The notes under the pieces: generated by a model
What the model saw: the letters and a program-made list of their open reading frames with translations, nothing else
Database searches by the model: none
Told to the model about the DNA's origin: nothing
Made by a program: the position numbers and the translations under genes
Virus record (IMG/VR): IMGVR_UViG_3300044529_000018
Location: 1-52,709 of that record
Origin: a virus
Lineage: Duplodnaviria > Caudoviricetes
Strand: one strand, 5' to 3'
Length of the DNA: 52,709 nucleotides
In this document: positions 41,426-52,709 of the stretch, in pieces
How positions within the stretch are numbered: position 1 is the stretch's first letter
How the letters are laid out: the number at the start of each line of letters is the position of its first letter

Positions 41426-44400
41426 GTGCCCACAAATCAAGACCCCAAAAGAGTGTTTGACGGATTTCGAGCCTTGAATGGTGGCGTCGATGCCAACAGT
41501 GATCCAACGCTTCTCGCCACCAATCAGGTTGCTTTCCTTGGTAACATGAGTCTGCGTTCGGACTTTGCCAGCACCCGCCCGCCTTACATCAAGCAGCTGC
41601 TCACCTTCCCCGACACCATCACCAAGGCCAATTACAGCGGAATGTTCCAGGGGGCGTGCTTCTACCAGTCTTTGGAGGACCCGACGTTGAACAGCATAAT
41701 CGTGTCCATCGGTGGTCACCTTTTCCGCATCTTCATCTACCAGAATTTTCTGGTGCAGGAAATCACCCCGGCTCTCCCCGACTTGGTGACGATTCAATTC
41801 ACAGTTCCGGCCGGCGGCGAATCACTAGTGATTGATGTCACTGACAGCACCAGTTTTTCCATCAGCCAAGTGCTGGTGATTGACGGCGGCACCTACACGA
41901 TTACCGCGATTGGGGCGGATGAGTTGACCGTGACTTATAGCGGCGGGGCGCTGAATACAGATTATTCGATTCCGACTGCTTCACGGGTTTATAGCACCCA
42001 AGTGGCATCTGAAACGGTGAACACTGGGGGATTTACAGTCCCCGCACTTGGGGCGACCGTGACCATTCCAATCACAGGACCATCAAGTGATTTCACTGTC
42101 AATGATTACATCGCCATAGCGGGGGGTGAATACAAGGTGACAGCCCTTGGGATCGGCTCCATTGATTGCACTTATGAAGGGAATGCCGGACCGCAGACGG
42201 TTGCGGCCGGTGAAGTGATTTACGCCCAGCTTTTCGTGACGCTCAATGAAAAGGTGACGGTGACGGTGAACATTCCGGTTATCGGAGCTTCCATGAGCCT
42301 GACTGTGACCAATGGAAGTTCGTTTACCGTAGCCCAGGATTTGCTGATAAATGACGGCAGCTACACCATCACTGGAATTGCCTTGAATGTCCTGACTGCC
42401 ACCTACAACGGAGGAGCTTCCAGCGGTTCAATAAATGCGGGCACGGTTATCTTGGGCGCGCAGATTGCAACAGAAACGGTGGTCGACGCGCCCAATCCAA
42501 CCTTGCCCGCATTTGTGGTCCCGGTGATTGGAGCAACGGTGACGATTTATCCAAGCGGTCCCACCACAGACTTCAACCCGGCCGATGTTATTCTTATTTC
42601 CAAGGGAACGTACACGATTACTACCGTAAACGCTGTTTCTCTGGATTGCGTGTATAATGGAGGTTCTTCGGTTGCGGTGGGTGGAACCGTTCCAATCACG
42701 ACTGTCATTTACGGCGCGCAATCGACCGTAACCACGCCGGAGTTGACGACAAATCCATTCACCGTCCCGGCCGTTTCATCCGTTGTCACCATTCCCATCA
42801 CCAGCGATACCGGATTCACCGTCGCCCAGACATTCATCACCGGAGGGGATAATTTCACCGTTACATCGGTTTTGACAGGACTGAATCAGGTCGTGGCAAC
42901 TTATACTGGGGGTGTGGCGCATGTTGTCCTCGGTTCTCAGATTTTGGACACGCTTGGAAACCAGATTGTGTCCTATGCCACCAATCCGCCGACCGCCGAC
43001 TTCGTTTATATGTGGCAGGCTGAAAGGTATGTGATCATCGTCTGCAAGAATCAGAACACGCTTTATTTCGACGGGTCGAATACGCGCCCGATGAGCCAGG
43101 CCAACGACCAGCTTCAAAGCTCCTACGTCGGATGCTATGCGTGGGGGAGGAACTGGCTGGCGCAGGTCAACGGCCATCGCTTCATCGCCAGCGATTTGGT
43201 TGGAGATCCATCCGGCACCTCGGCCAACATCTACATCGACGCCATCCTTTACATGACGGAGAATGATATGCTCAATGGCGGAGGCGCGTTCACCACGCCG
43301 GCCAACCTGGGGCCGATCACCGCCATGTCGGTGTTGTCCCAACTAGACACGTCGCTTGGCATCGGCCCGGTTTTGGTCGGAACGGTGGACAGTATTTTCA
43401 GCGTGCAGGCTCCGGTTGACCGCACGACGTGGCAGAATCTCACCTTTCCAATCCAATCGGTTGCCGTGCAGGGGGCGGGACCGACTGGACCTCGATCAAT
43501 GACTCCCATCAACAGTGATTGCTGGTTTCGTGCGCTCGACGGGCTTCGCTCATTGGTGGCATCCCGGCGGGATTTTCAGACGAACCGATCCAATACGCCC
43601 AACAGCATTGAAATGTCCCCGGTTTTCGACAATGATACCCAAAGCCTGCTTTTCTACGCAACGGTTGAGAGTTTTGACAATCGGATATTTTGCACTTGCA
43701 GTCCTTACCGGACGAAGTACGGCGTGGCGCATCGGGGTCTGGCTGTCATTAATCAGGACTCGATTTCCAGCATCAACAAGGATTCTGCTCCGATTTGGGA
43801 GGGGCTTTGGACCGGGTTGAACATCTTCCAGATTGTCACCGGGATGCTCAACGGCACGAAACACTGTTATGCGTTCGTGCTTAATGACACCAATGGCATT
43901 GACCTTTGGGAATTGCAGCCGGAGGTGGATGATTCATTTTATGATGAAACCAAATCGCTGGTGTCCACTACCAACCTGATTCCAGCAGGAACCCATTACT
44001 TTGGAGCAACTTTTAACATAGAAAGTTTACTTTCCCCTTCCACCACTTATTCGATTTCGTGGGGAGTAAATGATAAATCGCTTACGAATGTAGGCGGAAA
44101 CCCTGCGTACATTGCCAATCCCGGGATAGGGATGATAACCAAGTTCACGACTCCGGCGGTCTTTGTAGGCACCCTCCTTACTGGGAATTTTAACTCTCTT
44201 ATCACCTCGTCGATTTACAATTCTTCCAGCCTTACTCTAAATCGCATTCCGATTGAAAGCTGGCTCGACAGCCGCGCAATGTCGTTTGGCGACCCGGAGC
44301 AGTTGAAGAAGCTAATCATGGGAGAGTTGTATCTGGACGACATCGTGGACGCCGTAGTCATCAAGATTTATTTCCGTCCCGACCAGTACCCGCTCTGGAC

Positions 44401-44749
44401 AGCTTGGACAACTTTGACCATCTGTGCTAATGTCTCGCAGTGTACGTTTACGAGTGATGACGCCGGCACCTGCGTCATGTGGGCGGAAGAACGCAAACAG
44501 TACGGCGCCCGAATCACCCTTCCGCGACCCCCCGAGACGTGCAACAACATAACCGGCAAACCAATGAACCGCGGCTTTGAATTCCAGTTTCGCATGGAAA
44601 TAACCGGGTATTGCCGAATCCGAAAGTTCAAACTCCACGCCCTTGAGGAACAGCAGCAGATGGAGGGAAGCTGCCCGCCATCGACCGCCTGCAAAACCCT
44701 GACTGGATGTTTGCCGGCTTATTTCGGATATTCAAGCTACGGACCCTGA
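41426..44749 (+). CDS. Tail nozzle/stabilisation protein with five inserted beta-rich repeats
   Basis: First gene of the divergent tail operon; C-terminal KKLIMGEL..EFQFRMEITG typical of podovirus nozzle proteins. Confidence 0.6.
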   Translation: MPTNQDPKRVFDGFRALNGGVDANSDPTLLATNQVAFLGNMSLRSDFASTRPPYIKQLLTFPDTITKANYSGMFQGACFYQSLEDPTLNSIIVSIGGHLFRIFIYQNFLVQEITPALPDLVTIQFTVPAGGESLVIDVTDSTSFSISQVLVIDGGTYTITAIGADELTVTYSGGALNTDYSIPTASRVYSTQVASETVNTGGFTVPALGATVTIPITGPSSDFTVNDYIAIAGGEYKVTALGIGSIDCTYEGNAGPQTVAAGEVIYAQLFVTLNEKVTVTVNIPVIGASMSLTVTNGSSFTVAQDLLINDGSYTITGIALNVLTATYNGGASSGSINAGTVILGAQIATETVVDAPNPTLPAFVVPVIGATVTIYPSGPTTDFNPADVILISKGTYTITTVNAVSLDCVYNGGSSVAVGGTVPITTVIYGAQSTVTTPELTTNPFTVPAVSSVVTIPITSDTGFTVAQTFITGGDNFTVTSVLTGLNQVVATYTGGVAHVVLGSQILDTLGNQIVSYATNPPTADFVYMWQAERYVIIVCKNQNTLYFDGSNTRPMSQANDQLQSSYVGCYAWGRNWLAQVNGHRFIASDLVGDPSGTSANIYIDAILYMTENDMLNGGGAFTTPANLGPITAMSVLSQLDTSLGIGPVLVGTVDSIFSVQAPVDRTTWQNLTFPIQSVAVQGAGPTGPRSMTPINSDCWFRALDGLRSLVASRRDFQTNRSNTPNSIEMSPVFDNDTQSLLFYATVESFDNRIFCTCSPYRTKYGVAHRGLAVINQDSISSINKDSAPIWEGLWTGLNIFQIVTGMLNGTKHCYAFVLNDTNGIDLWELQPEVDDSFYDETKSLVSTTNLIPAGTHYFGATFNIESLLSPSTTYSISWGVNDKSLTNVGGNPAYIANPGIGMITKFTTPAVFVGTLLTGNFNSLITSSIYNSSSLTLNRIPIESWLDSRAMSFGDPEQLKKLIMGELYLDDIVDAVVIKIYFRPDQYPLWTAWTTLTICANVSQCTFTSDDAGTCVMWAEERKQYGARITLPRPPETCNNITGKPMNRGFEFQFRMEITGYCRIRKFKLHALEEQQQMEGSCPPSTACKTLTGCLPAYFGYSSYGP

Positions 44750-44752
44750 TTT

Positions 44753-45526
44753 ATGAGCGACATACCAGTGAACTCAGGCACGCTTCCCGGCGGATTCTGC
44801 CCCACCACCTACCAGGAGATGGTTGATGGATTCAGCGCCGTCCAGACCGTAACGCTCCCATCCAGCACGGGCGGCATCACCATCAGCGCGACCAAGCCTT
44901 CCACCACGACGGAAATCTGGTTTCAGATTGACAGCCTTGGGCGGTTTCTACGCACCTACCTTTACGGTCAGGGCGCATGGCTTTCGGCGCATCCATTGGT
45001 GCCAGGGGAAACGGTCTGGTGGTTTGGGCCACTGCCCAATTTCCAGTCTTTCGACGGCGGTGATGCGAATTCCGCCGGCTCTCAATCTGGTCCAATGTGG
45101 CAGCAGGCCAAGGATTCAAATGGCAACGTCATCGCTGCCCAGTTTGCCGTCACTGCCGGAACGCTTCCTAGCGGCGCGGTGCTTCAACTTGGAAACACCG
45201 GAGGCGAGGAGTCCCACCTGCTCACGCCGGCCGAGGCGGGCATTGATCCGCGCCATCAGCACGCGGTTGCGCGGGCGAATTCCAATTATCACCAGATTGC
45301 GCTGCCGACCGGAGGAACGCCAACCTCGATCCCAGGTTACGCCATTGGCGGTTCTGGTGACTCCACGCCATCAGCCCAGGCGGACTATTCCGTGTTCGGC
45401 GCATCGACGCTGCAAACTGATTTGCCCAACAATCCGCAGACGGTAGTGCCCCACAACACCATGCCGCCATACGTTGTTGGTTATCTCATCCAGCGCACCA
45501 GCAGACTTTTTTACGCCGTGACTTGA
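44753..45526 (+). CDS. Short tail fibre / collar-like protein
   Basis: TGGEESHLLT..HQH..PHNTMPPYVVGYLIQRT. Confidence 0.65.
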   Translation: MSDIPVNSGTLPGGFCPTTYQEMVDGFSAVQTVTLPSSTGGITISATKPSTTTEIWFQIDSLGRFLRTYLYGQGAWLSAHPLVPGETVWWFGPLPNFQSFDGGDANSAGSQSGPMWQQAKDSNGNVIAAQFAVTAGTLPSGAVLQLGNTGGEESHLLTPAEAGIDPRHQHAVARANSNYHQIALPTGGTPTSIPGYAIGGSGDSTPSAQADYSVFGASTLQTDLPNNPQTVVPHNTMPPYVVGYLIQRTSRLFYAVT

Positions 45527-45530
45527 TAAT

Positions 45531-46664
45531 ATGCCTCGCATCACCCTTCAGGACGTTCTGAACAGCCGGATTCCGGCGGCAATCGGCTCCTGCTCAACCG
45601 ACACTGATAGCCGGGTTGCGGCAATCATCAATGAGGCGCAACAACGGCTTTTGAGCAAAGGTCTTTGGTGGGATTCTTATGCGAAGTATCGCATTGCGGC
45701 CTACGACTCCACGATTGCCCTTCCGCCACAGCTGGCCACCATTGAATCCGTCGCCATCAATCATGTCCCCGTGCCTTCGCATGATATGTGGTTTGAATTC
45801 CTCGACAACGGATTTGGGACACGCGCCCCAAGCACTGTTGGAACTGCCGGTGGAACCAGCCTTGGCGGTGCGACGGGAGCCTATGGCATCCCCGAGGCGG
45901 ATTTCAGGGGGAACTTTCCGACGTTTCGAGAATTGACCCCCAACAGCAATGCAAAGAAGGTTGTCGTCATCTGCGACCTTCTGGCCGACGTTACGGCGGC
46001 AATCAAGGTGACGGTTTTGGGGTACGATGCCAATGGAAACTGGATTCGAACCCTTGTTGGCGGCAGCTACATTGACGGCGAAGTCATTGCCTTGGCGCAG
46101 ACGCCGGGATCGACTTCGGTGAACACTTTCAGCCGGATAACCGATGTCCGATTTTCCGTTCAGCGCAGCGGTCAGGTGTGGCTTTACGAACTGGACACCG
46201 TTACCAGCGTTCAGACTTTGACGGGTTGGTATCAATGGTTTGAAATGAATCCCTCGTATGGGCGATGGCTGTTTCCTTCCATCGGATGCCCGCAAAGCGG
46301 TTGCACCCCTCCCGCCAACGCAGCGCAGGCGTGGACGACGGGTGAAATTCCCGGTCCGGGGACAACCTGCAATCCTTCGCTTGTCGAGGTGATTGGAAAG
46401 AAGGCGTTCATTCCCGTTTCGCTGCCCACGGATTATCTCATCATTGGAAACATCCCGGCATTGAAGTTCATGGCGCAGGCGGTGCAGAAGGAGGAAGATG
46501 CCGTCAGTCAGGCGGATCTCGGTGAAGCGATTGGATTTGAAACCAAGGCGCTCAAGGAAATGGACGATGAGTTGGATATGTATTTGGGCAGTGGCCGGCG
46601 AATTGGAATGAACATTCAAGGCTCGCTTTGTCCCGGCGGCGACCCTATACCAACATTCATGTGA
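45531..46664 (+). CDS. Head-tail adaptor-like virion protein
   Basis: IINEAQQRLL..IALP N-terminus; position in the tail operon. Confidence 0.55.
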   Translation: MPRITLQDVLNSRIPAAIGSCSTDTDSRVAAIINEAQQRLLSKGLWWDSYAKYRIAAYDSTIALPPQLATIESVAINHVPVPSHDMWFEFLDNGFGTRAPSTVGTAGGTSLGGATGAYGIPEADFRGNFPTFRELTPNSNAKKVVVICDLLADVTAAIKVTVLGYDANGNWIRTLVGGSYIDGEVIALAQTPGSTSVNTFSRITDVRFSVQRSGQVWLYELDTVTSVQTLTGWYQWFEMNPSYGRWLFPSIGCPQSGCTPPANAAQAWTTGEIPGPGTTCNPSLVEVIGKKAFIPVSLPTDYLIIGNIPALKFMAQAVQKEEDAVSQADLGEAIGFETKALKEMDDELDMYLGSGRRIGMNIQGSLCPGGDPIPTFM

Positions 46665-46668
46665 TTTT

Positions 46669-47448
46669 ATGGGATTCTTAAACGCTATTTTTGGTGGAAC
46701 ACCGCAAGTCCCGAAGTGGGACAACATCAGCCTCGACCAGCAACAGCAGCAGGCAACACAGGCAAATCAGGCCGCGCTTCCTGGCATTGAAAAGCTGGCC
46801 ACGGGATTCAATTCTTACAGTCAGGACCAGATTTCCAAGATGCTGGAAAACATCATTCCTGGATGGGCATCCCTGTCGAAGGACATCATCGGAAACATAT
46901 CCTCGGAAGTGAAAGGCCAGATTCCCACCGACGTTTCCAACGCCATTCAGTCCAGCGATGCGGCCCGTGCCTTGACTGGCGGCTTTGGCGGTTCGGGGCT
47001 GGCTGGAAACATGACCGCCCGCGACCTTGGTTTGACCTCGCTCGATCTTACGAGGTCCGGCACGTCATCCTTTGAAAAGTGGACGAGTACGATTGACCAG
47101 CTTTTCGCCCCCGGAATGTTCAACATTTCGTCCATGTTTATCACTCCGGCGCAGGAGTTTGCGGCCACGATGCAGAATCAGGAACAGGCGGTGGCGCAGA
47201 AGTGGATGCAGAATCAGGTCAACGCCATGCCCGACCCCGTGCTGGGAGGCATCAACAGCGAGGTGATGTCGCTGATGTCAGCCTACCTTGGCGGCGGTGG
47301 AAACTTCAGCACCAAGGGCGGCACCGGAAGCCCCGGCGCGGTCCCAAGTTCCAATTTTTCGATGTCTGGTGAAAGCAGCGGGACGAGTGCCCAAAACTCT
47401 TGGAATTCCGGTGAGGCCAAGAGTATGCTTGGAACGGCTTTCTTTTGA
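46669..47448 (+). CDS. Putative ejection (DNA pilot) protein
   Basis: G/S/A/Q-rich; upstream of the large internal protein. Confidence 0.55.
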   Translation: MGFLNAIFGGTPQVPKWDNISLDQQQQQATQANQAALPGIEKLATGFNSYSQDQISKMLENIIPGWASLSKDIIGNISSEVKGQIPTDVSNAIQSSDAARALTGGFGGSGLAGNMTARDLGLTSLDLTRSGTSSFEKWTSTIDQLFAPGMFNISSMFITPAQEFAATMQNQEQAVAQKWMQNQVNAMPDPVLGGINSEVMSLMSAYLGGGGNFSTKGGTGSPGAVPSSNFSMSGESSGTSAQNSWNSGEAKSMLGTAFF

Positions 47449-47450
47449 TT

Positions 47451-48314
47451 ATGGCTGATACTTCAATATGGTCAGAGCAACCCCCGGCTTGGTTGCAGAA
47501 ACGCGCCATCGACCAGAGCGAGCACGGGCAATGGGGGCAGCTTATCGGCTCAGTGGCGGCAGCAGCAACCCAGTCGCTTCACGGAGGAACCAACTTTTTC
47601 GACGCCTTCCACGATGTCCTTGGCCGGCAGCAGGATTCAATGTTTGACGTGAAGCAAAAGTCCGCTTTGCTTTCCGTCGAATCCCAAAAGGCCCAACTGG
47701 ACATGCAGAACATGCAGATTGAGGATCAGCGTCAGGGCGCCAAGGAATTCCCCGAGTGGATGCGGGCGACCGGAGGCGACCCGAATAAGATGATTTCGAC
47801 TCCGTTTACAGGAAGTAGCCAAGCTGCCGCGCAGATGGTTGAAAAGGCGCAGCAGACGGCTTGGATGCGCGTAACCCAGAAAGCGGCGGTTGATGCCAAA
47901 TTGACTGATGCTGATAATAAGGTGAAGATTGCTAATATCAAGGCCCAGACCGATGCCAAGCGCATTCAGGCCATGGGGGATATTGCCGCAATGCACGAAC
48001 GGGCGGCAAAGGCCGGAAAACAGTATGAATTTGAACAGCTTCAGAGCGATTGGAATTCAGCCCAGCAGGAGTTGTCCGTTGAAACCGACCCGACTCGGGC
48101 ATCTGCCTTGACGGTTCGGATGCAGCAGAACGAGGCGCGGATGAGGAAGCTGTCCATGTTTGCGGCACAGGTTCCTTCCACCGCCACCACTGAGTCCACC
48201 ACGACCACCGACCCGGTTGACCCGTATAAAAAGAAAACCGTGACGGTCAAGAAAACCGGGCCGGATGCTTCGGGTACAGTTGACCCAGCTGACCCGCTTG
48301 GGATTTTGAAATGA
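47451..48314 (+). CDS. Putative ejection protein
   Basis: Q/A-rich helical protein; ends DPADPLGIL. Confidence 0.55.
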   Translation: MADTSIWSEQPPAWLQKRAIDQSEHGQWGQLIGSVAAAATQSLHGGTNFFDAFHDVLGRQQDSMFDVKQKSALLSVESQKAQLDMQNMQIEDQRQGAKEFPEWMRATGGDPNKMISTPFTGSSQAAAQMVEKAQQTAWMRVTQKAAVDAKLTDADNKVKIANIKAQTDAKRIQAMGDIAAMHERAAKAGKQYEFEQLQSDWNSAQQELSVETDPTRASALTVRMQQNEARMRKLSMFAAQVPSTATTESTTTTDPVDPYKKKTVTVKKTGPDASGTVDPADPLGILK

Positions 48315-51300
48315 ATGAGCGACACCCTCACAGCGGTCAAGGCGAAGTACCCCGCCTATGCTAACGTCCCCGACGATCAATTAGCCGAGGCGTTGGGAGA
48401 CAAGTACCCCGTCTATCGCCAGAAAGACGACGAATTCAACAAGGAGTATCTTTTCGCCAAGGGCGCGAAGATGAACATTCCGCCCGACAAAACCGATTCC
48501 ACGCCGAAGTTTGCCGCTGTTCCGGGAGTTGGCTTCATTCCGCCAGAAGTCGAATCGCAGACACTAAAACCCCCTGGCGAAACAATCGGCCCGATGAGCG
48601 CATGGGAAGGATTCAAGTTTGCGGCCCAGACGCGGCTTGAAAAGGTGTTCCCCGGCATGAGGGAAAAAAGCAGCCCTTCCCCGGTTGTTGTTGTCAACTC
48701 GGCGGCGATGCTTTTGCCGTTGGGATTACCCGAAACGATGGGCAAACTTTTGATGGTGTATTTCGCCACTCGCACGCTTGCCGAACAACCTGCAATCGTT
48801 CGCCAGATTCACGATGAATTGAAGCGAGGAGATTATTCCGCCGCACAAAAAACCGCCATCGGCGACGTACTTCAAACCGGGATGGTCATTGCCGGAAGTG
48901 CCGGGATGATGCCGGAGAAGCCGCAGATGCAAGGCCCGCTGGCGACCGGCGAAGTGCTCGACATGCCCAAGGGTGCTCATCCAGAAACACGGGCTGAACG
49001 GTATCAAATAGAGCGGGCTTTGCGTGGTGCTGCAAAGGATGTCGCTCAAGCCATTGTCCTGTCCCCATTGACAGCCGTCGCGCCACAGACCGCCGAGGCG
49101 TTGAAGGCGGCTCTCGTTCCAAATGTCGGGGCGAATGCCGATATTGCTGCCGTAATGGGAGAAAGGAATAAATTGGTCATAGCGGGTGCTTCTCAAAACG
49201 ACCCGCGAGTTTTGGCTTTGGATAAACAAGCCGAAAGATTACTTCAGCAGAACAAAGATGCGGCGGTAAAAGAAATTGAGGACAAGGCGAAGGCTGAAAG
49301 AGAAGCGGCGAATGCACCAGCTCCGGCAGAGCCTCCCAAGCCGGAACCCGTTTCTCCGCAGGACATCAAACCAGCCCTGCTCGTCGATGGCAAGCCGGTC
49401 ACCGGAGGCGTATCGCATGAGGAAATCATGCAGAACCATCTTGGCGACGAGAATGGTGACGCCGTGGTTCAAGCCTTTGCCGACGATTCAAAGCATGTGT
49501 TCACCGACAAGGCGGGCAACGTCCTCGACCGATTGCAGGCAGGTCAGGCACTTGGATTGCCGGAGGGAACCGCGTTGCACAGTGAAAAGCTGAATGAGTT
49601 GAAGGCAAACGTGTCAGAAAAAGTACCCAGTATTTCTGACAAGAACGAACCACCTTCCGAGCCTGTAAAAGAACCGTGGCAGATGACCAAGGCGGATTAT
49701 TCAGCGATGGTCAAAAGGGAATACGGGATGCAGGGATTCCCTGATTTAAAATCAAAACAATCTACGGATGCAACTCATGCCAAAGAAGTTTCCGATGCGG
49801 TCAAGGCTGGCAAACCCGTACCGCCTGAAGTGCTGGCCGATTATCCTGAACTGAAACCAGCCTCCGCCCCCGAAATGGTTGGCATGGGTGCTGCCAAAGA
49901 GGGAGAGGTTAAAACCGGATCCGGGGCCGACATTTACGGCGTAGCTCAGCGCGTGCGCGAGGAACGCGCCAAGGCTGGGCAGGCCGACTTGCCGCCCACA
50001 GGCGAAGGAACCACCGCCCCGGAATCGGTTGAGCATGGCCGCGAACTGCTGAACAAGGGCGCGGACGCCGAACAGGTCATGCAGGACTTCGAGCGCAGCA
50101 AAAAGATTTCATCCGATGACATGGCCATTGCCCGCGCCAAGGGAGAGCAACTGGCGCAATCAGCCCGGCGCATCGAAGAAAAGTTTGGCACCGAATCGCC
50201 GGAGTATCTACTGGCTCGGGATGCCCTTTCCAGTTGGGACAAGCGGAGCAAGGCCATGCAAACCGAATGGAGCAAGACCGGACAGGCGCAGCAGGGTGAA
50301 ACGGACATCGACACCGGCAGCTTCACTGGACTCTCCCGTGCCTACCGTCAGGACACAGGCGAGGAACTTCCTAAAAATAAAGTGCCGCAGGCCAAGCGAG
50401 TTGCCGCCGGAGTTTCCGAGGCGGAAAAGAAGGCGGAGACAGCAAAAGAAAAACTGGGCAACGAAATCGCAAAGACTGCCGAGGTCGATCCCATTGTTCA
50501 AAGAGTCGTTGACCGGATGCGCGCCACGGCGAAAACGATGCGCCAAGGTGCCATGGAACGGATTCGGGCACGGCAAGCCATGGGTAAACTGTTCTCCGGG
50601 CCTTTGGACCCGGAGCAACTGGACGACCTTGCCATGGTCGGATTTTCGCACGTCATGGAAGGCGCGGCGGCGGGCGTTGAATGGGGCAACCGAATGGTTT
50701 CCGAGTTTGGGGAGAAAATCCGCCCCTACCTCGATGAGATTTGGAAGCGGACGGACAAACTGGTTTCCGAACAGACCGACAAGGAACTGGGAGTGAAGGG
50801 TCCGGCCAAGGTCAAGTCAACCGTTCAGAAAACGCCCACCGATTTGCCCAGCCAGAAGAAATCATTTGACAATTTTAAATCCGGTAAGCCGATGAATCCG
50901 GCGCAGGTCAAAACGCTCTGGACCCGCGCCCGCGATGAGTACATCAACAAAGGCAATGATGACATGGCCGACATCGTTCACAAGTTAGGAACCGATTTCG
51001 GACTGCTCGACAAGGATGTTTTGAAAGGATTGGCCCAGAACCGGCCCGTCAAGCGGATTGCGGACGACCTTTGGCAAAAGCAAAAAGAGGTTCGTCGCCT
51101 GAAGCAGAACGCCAAGCAATGGCTCAATGATGCCAACCGGGTTTGGGCTTCAAAACTTGTTCCGCAGGCCGCACGAGTGATGTTCGGGATGAAAACCGCC
51201 CTGCATGGCACTGTGGCCATGGGCACACACGCGCCACTGACCGTTTTCACCAACCCAATCGTTTTCGCCCGCAACTTCGGTGAAATGTATCGTCTCGTCG

Positions 51301-52406
51301 CCAGCCCGGAGTATTACGAGATGAAGATGCACGAACTGCAACGCGATCCGAATTACATCGTTGCACAGCGTGGTGGACTCGTGAATGACCCGCACAAGTT
51401 TGAGGACTTCAACAATCCCAAGATGGCGCAGCAGTATCCCTATCTCGCCAAGTATTTTCGCCGGCTGGCGGGAATGGGAAACCGTGGATATTTTGTCCTG
51501 AAACTGCTTCGACAGGACTTGTTTAACCTGCAATGGAACAGGCTTGCGGAATCTGAAAAGACCCCGGAGATGTCCAAGGCAATGTCGGATGCCATCAATC
51601 ATATTACCGGGGTTGTGAAAGCTGGAACGCATCCGTCTGCAAGTCTGGCTTTGTTCGCACCGAAACTTGAACTGTCCCGCGTGTCTGTGCTGGCGGCAGA
51701 CCCAATCAGGGCAGGATTGAGCCTCTTGAAAGGCAGCAATATGACGCCCGCGGAGAGATGGTTTGCAATGAATCAGATAAAGGAAAAGGCCAAGATTGCC
51801 GCCATCTGGACGAGCCTCCTTTTTGCCAACGACCAACTGAACAAACTCACTGGCAGCGGTCAGCAGGTGAATACCACCGACCCGATGAAAAGTGATTGGA
51901 TGAAGTTCAAGGCTTTTGGAATGAACTTTTCATGGGGAGGACCGTTTCTGACAATGATGCGGCTTCCAATGAGGATTGTCCAGATACGCGAAAGCAATGG
52001 TGGAAAACTCAAGAATCTGATTTATCCTGATGAGAATATGTACAACACCGTTGGGCAATACCTGCGCACGCAGATGAGTCCGCTGGCGGGCACTGTGGCT
52101 GATGTTGTGACCAAGGGGGACTATCAGAATCGCCCGCTGCCTGAAATGCCGTTCTCCGGCCCGCCGCTGAAGGTTCCGAAACGGTTGGCCGCTCAAGGCG
52201 TCAAGCCTTACACCTGGCCGGAGTTTATTTCTGAAACCGTGCTACCCATTCCATTTTCGGAAGGCGCAAAAGAGGTTTTCCATTACGGGCTGGGGGCCAC
52301 GCCAGAGCAGCAAAAGGCATTGCAAAAAGCCTTCATCACCATTCTCCTCATGGGAGCAACCGGCGGCCGTGTGGCCGACGATTGGAAGGAGAAAAAACAG
52401 CCCTGA
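48315..52406 (+). CDS. Large internal virion/ejection (polyvalent-type) protein
   Basis: 1363 aa, helical; last gene of the tail operon. Confidence 0.65.
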   Translation: MSDTLTAVKAKYPAYANVPDDQLAEALGDKYPVYRQKDDEFNKEYLFAKGAKMNIPPDKTDSTPKFAAVPGVGFIPPEVESQTLKPPGETIGPMSAWEGFKFAAQTRLEKVFPGMREKSSPSPVVVVNSAAMLLPLGLPETMGKLLMVYFATRTLAEQPAIVRQIHDELKRGDYSAAQKTAIGDVLQTGMVIAGSAGMMPEKPQMQGPLATGEVLDMPKGAHPETRAERYQIERALRGAAKDVAQAIVLSPLTAVAPQTAEALKAALVPNVGANADIAAVMGERNKLVIAGASQNDPRVLALDKQAERLLQQNKDAAVKEIEDKAKAEREAANAPAPAEPPKPEPVSPQDIKPALLVDGKPVTGGVSHEEIMQNHLGDENGDAVVQAFADDSKHVFTDKAGNVLDRLQAGQALGLPEGTALHSEKLNELKANVSEKVPSISDKNEPPSEPVKEPWQMTKADYSAMVKREYGMQGFPDLKSKQSTDATHAKEVSDAVKAGKPVPPEVLADYPELKPASAPEMVGMGAAKEGEVKTGSGADIYGVAQRVREERAKAGQADLPPTGEGTTAPESVEHGRELLNKGADAEQVMQDFERSKKISSDDMAIARAKGEQLAQSARRIEEKFGTESPEYLLARDALSSWDKRSKAMQTEWSKTGQAQQGETDIDTGSFTGLSRAYRQDTGEELPKNKVPQAKRVAAGVSEAEKKAETAKEKLGNEIAKTAEVDPIVQRVVDRMRATAKTMRQGAMERIRARQAMGKLFSGPLDPEQLDDLAMVGFSHVMEGAAAGVEWGNRMVSEFGEKIRPYLDEIWKRTDKLVSEQTDKELGVKGPAKVKSTVQKTPTDLPSQKKSFDNFKSGKPMNPAQVKTLWTRARDEYINKGNDDMADIVHKLGTDFGLLDKDVLKGLAQNRPVKRIADDLWQKQKEVRRLKQNAKQWLNDANRVWASKLVPQAARVMFGMKTALHGTVAMGTHAPLTVFTNPIVFARNFGEMYRLVASPEYYEMKMHELQRDPNYIVAQRGGLVNDPHKFEDFNNPKMAQQYPYLAKYFRRLAGMGNRGYFVLKLLRQDLFNLQWNRLAESEKTPEMSKAMSDAINHITGVVKAGTHPSASLALFAPKLELSRVSVLAADPIRAGLSLLKGSNMTPAERWFAMNQIKEKAKIAAIWTSLLFANDQLNKLTGSGQQVNTTDPMKSDWMKFKAFGMNFSWGGPFLTMMRLPMRIVQIRESNGGKLKNLIYPDENMYNTVGQYLRTQMSPLAGTVADVVTKGDYQNRPLPEMPFSGPPLKVPKRLAAQGVKPYTWPEFISETVLPIPFSEGAKEVFHYGLGATPEQQKALQKAFITILLMGATGGRVADDWKEKKQP

Positions 52407-52408
52407 CG

Positions 52409-52709
52409 AATCTCCCTGTCAAAAAACCAAAACCGTGATAATATAAAATTATGCAAGTCTCAACTGTGACTCGTTCGGGAAAAAGCTGGCAGATTACCTA
52501 CACCTACGATCTCGGGTCGGGCAAGCGCAAGACCCGTAATTTTGTCGTTAATCAAACCTACAAACCCACCCGCTCCGCCGCGATGCGCTACGCGAAAGAC
52601 GACTTGTGCAGCAATGCCATGCTCGGCCATTCCCGCGGCCAGTACGGCTACAAAAACGTCCGCATCACTGCCATCGACCTGTTCGCCCACACCATCCTGA
52701 ACACCACCA
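52409..52709 (+). repeat. 301-bp direct repeat, copy 2 (runs to the window end; includes a partial copy of ORF 1501..1833 from 52451)
   Basis: Direct comparison with 1459..1759. Confidence 0.97.

Larger units (their letters stand above)
1459..52408. mobile_element. Tailed bacteriophage genome, one unit length (~50,950 bp), podovirus-like
   Basis: Terminase, portal, capsid, scaffold, tail, ejection, replication and recombination genes; the sequence returns to its start with an offset of 50,950 bp; no host housekeeping genes. Confidence 0.93.

Noticed and set aside
45594-46727. 377-aa minus-strand ORF and many other long antisense ORFs in the track (e.g. 5141..6031, 11178..12023, 30729..31544)
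   Set aside because: Shadows of well-supported genes on the opposite strand in GC-rich DNA; no motifs.
1-52709. Integrase/IntI, reverse transcriptase (DGR or retron), DNA polymerase, tRNA genes, alternative genetic code
   Set aside because: No R-H-R-Y or YxDD motif proteins and no cloverleaf recognised by eye; core genes are intact in the standard code. A very divergent example could have been missed.

Overview
The window looks like an essentially complete, circularly permuted ~50.95 kb tailed-phage genome with podovirus-like architecture. A Verrucomicrobiota/PVC host is inferred from protein motifs only. Positions 1459-1759 recur at 52409-52709 with 4 mismatches, and each copy follows a different large virion/ejection-protein C-terminus. 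Recognisable modules: primase-helicase with an adjacent iteron-like origin; ERF and YqaJ recombination genes; a RusA-like resolvase; lysis-like membrane genes; tailspike; capsid, scaffold, portal and terminase; tail and ejection genes; and two glycosyltransferase/methyltransferase clusters. I see no integrase, DNA polymerase, endolysin, tRNA or CRISPR. The main discovery is an integrase-less, integron-like cassette system built into the phage. It comprises 17 complete attC-like hairpins: 14 in tandem at 11931-16649, 2 at 8755-9780 and 1 at 31735-31837. There are also decayed remnants at ~28 kb and ~31.5 kb, and three attI-like sites. Cassette ends are mutually complementary over 8-13 bp, as expected for real excisable cassettes. 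Every cassette gene is antisense to the normal integron orientation. The attC arms supply the stop and start codons: all 14 ORFs that read through a core cross it in the same Asn frame. This would let cassettes be reshuffled inside a translationally coupled phage operon, presumably by a host IntI. All functional calls come from motif recognition by eye; no searches were run.
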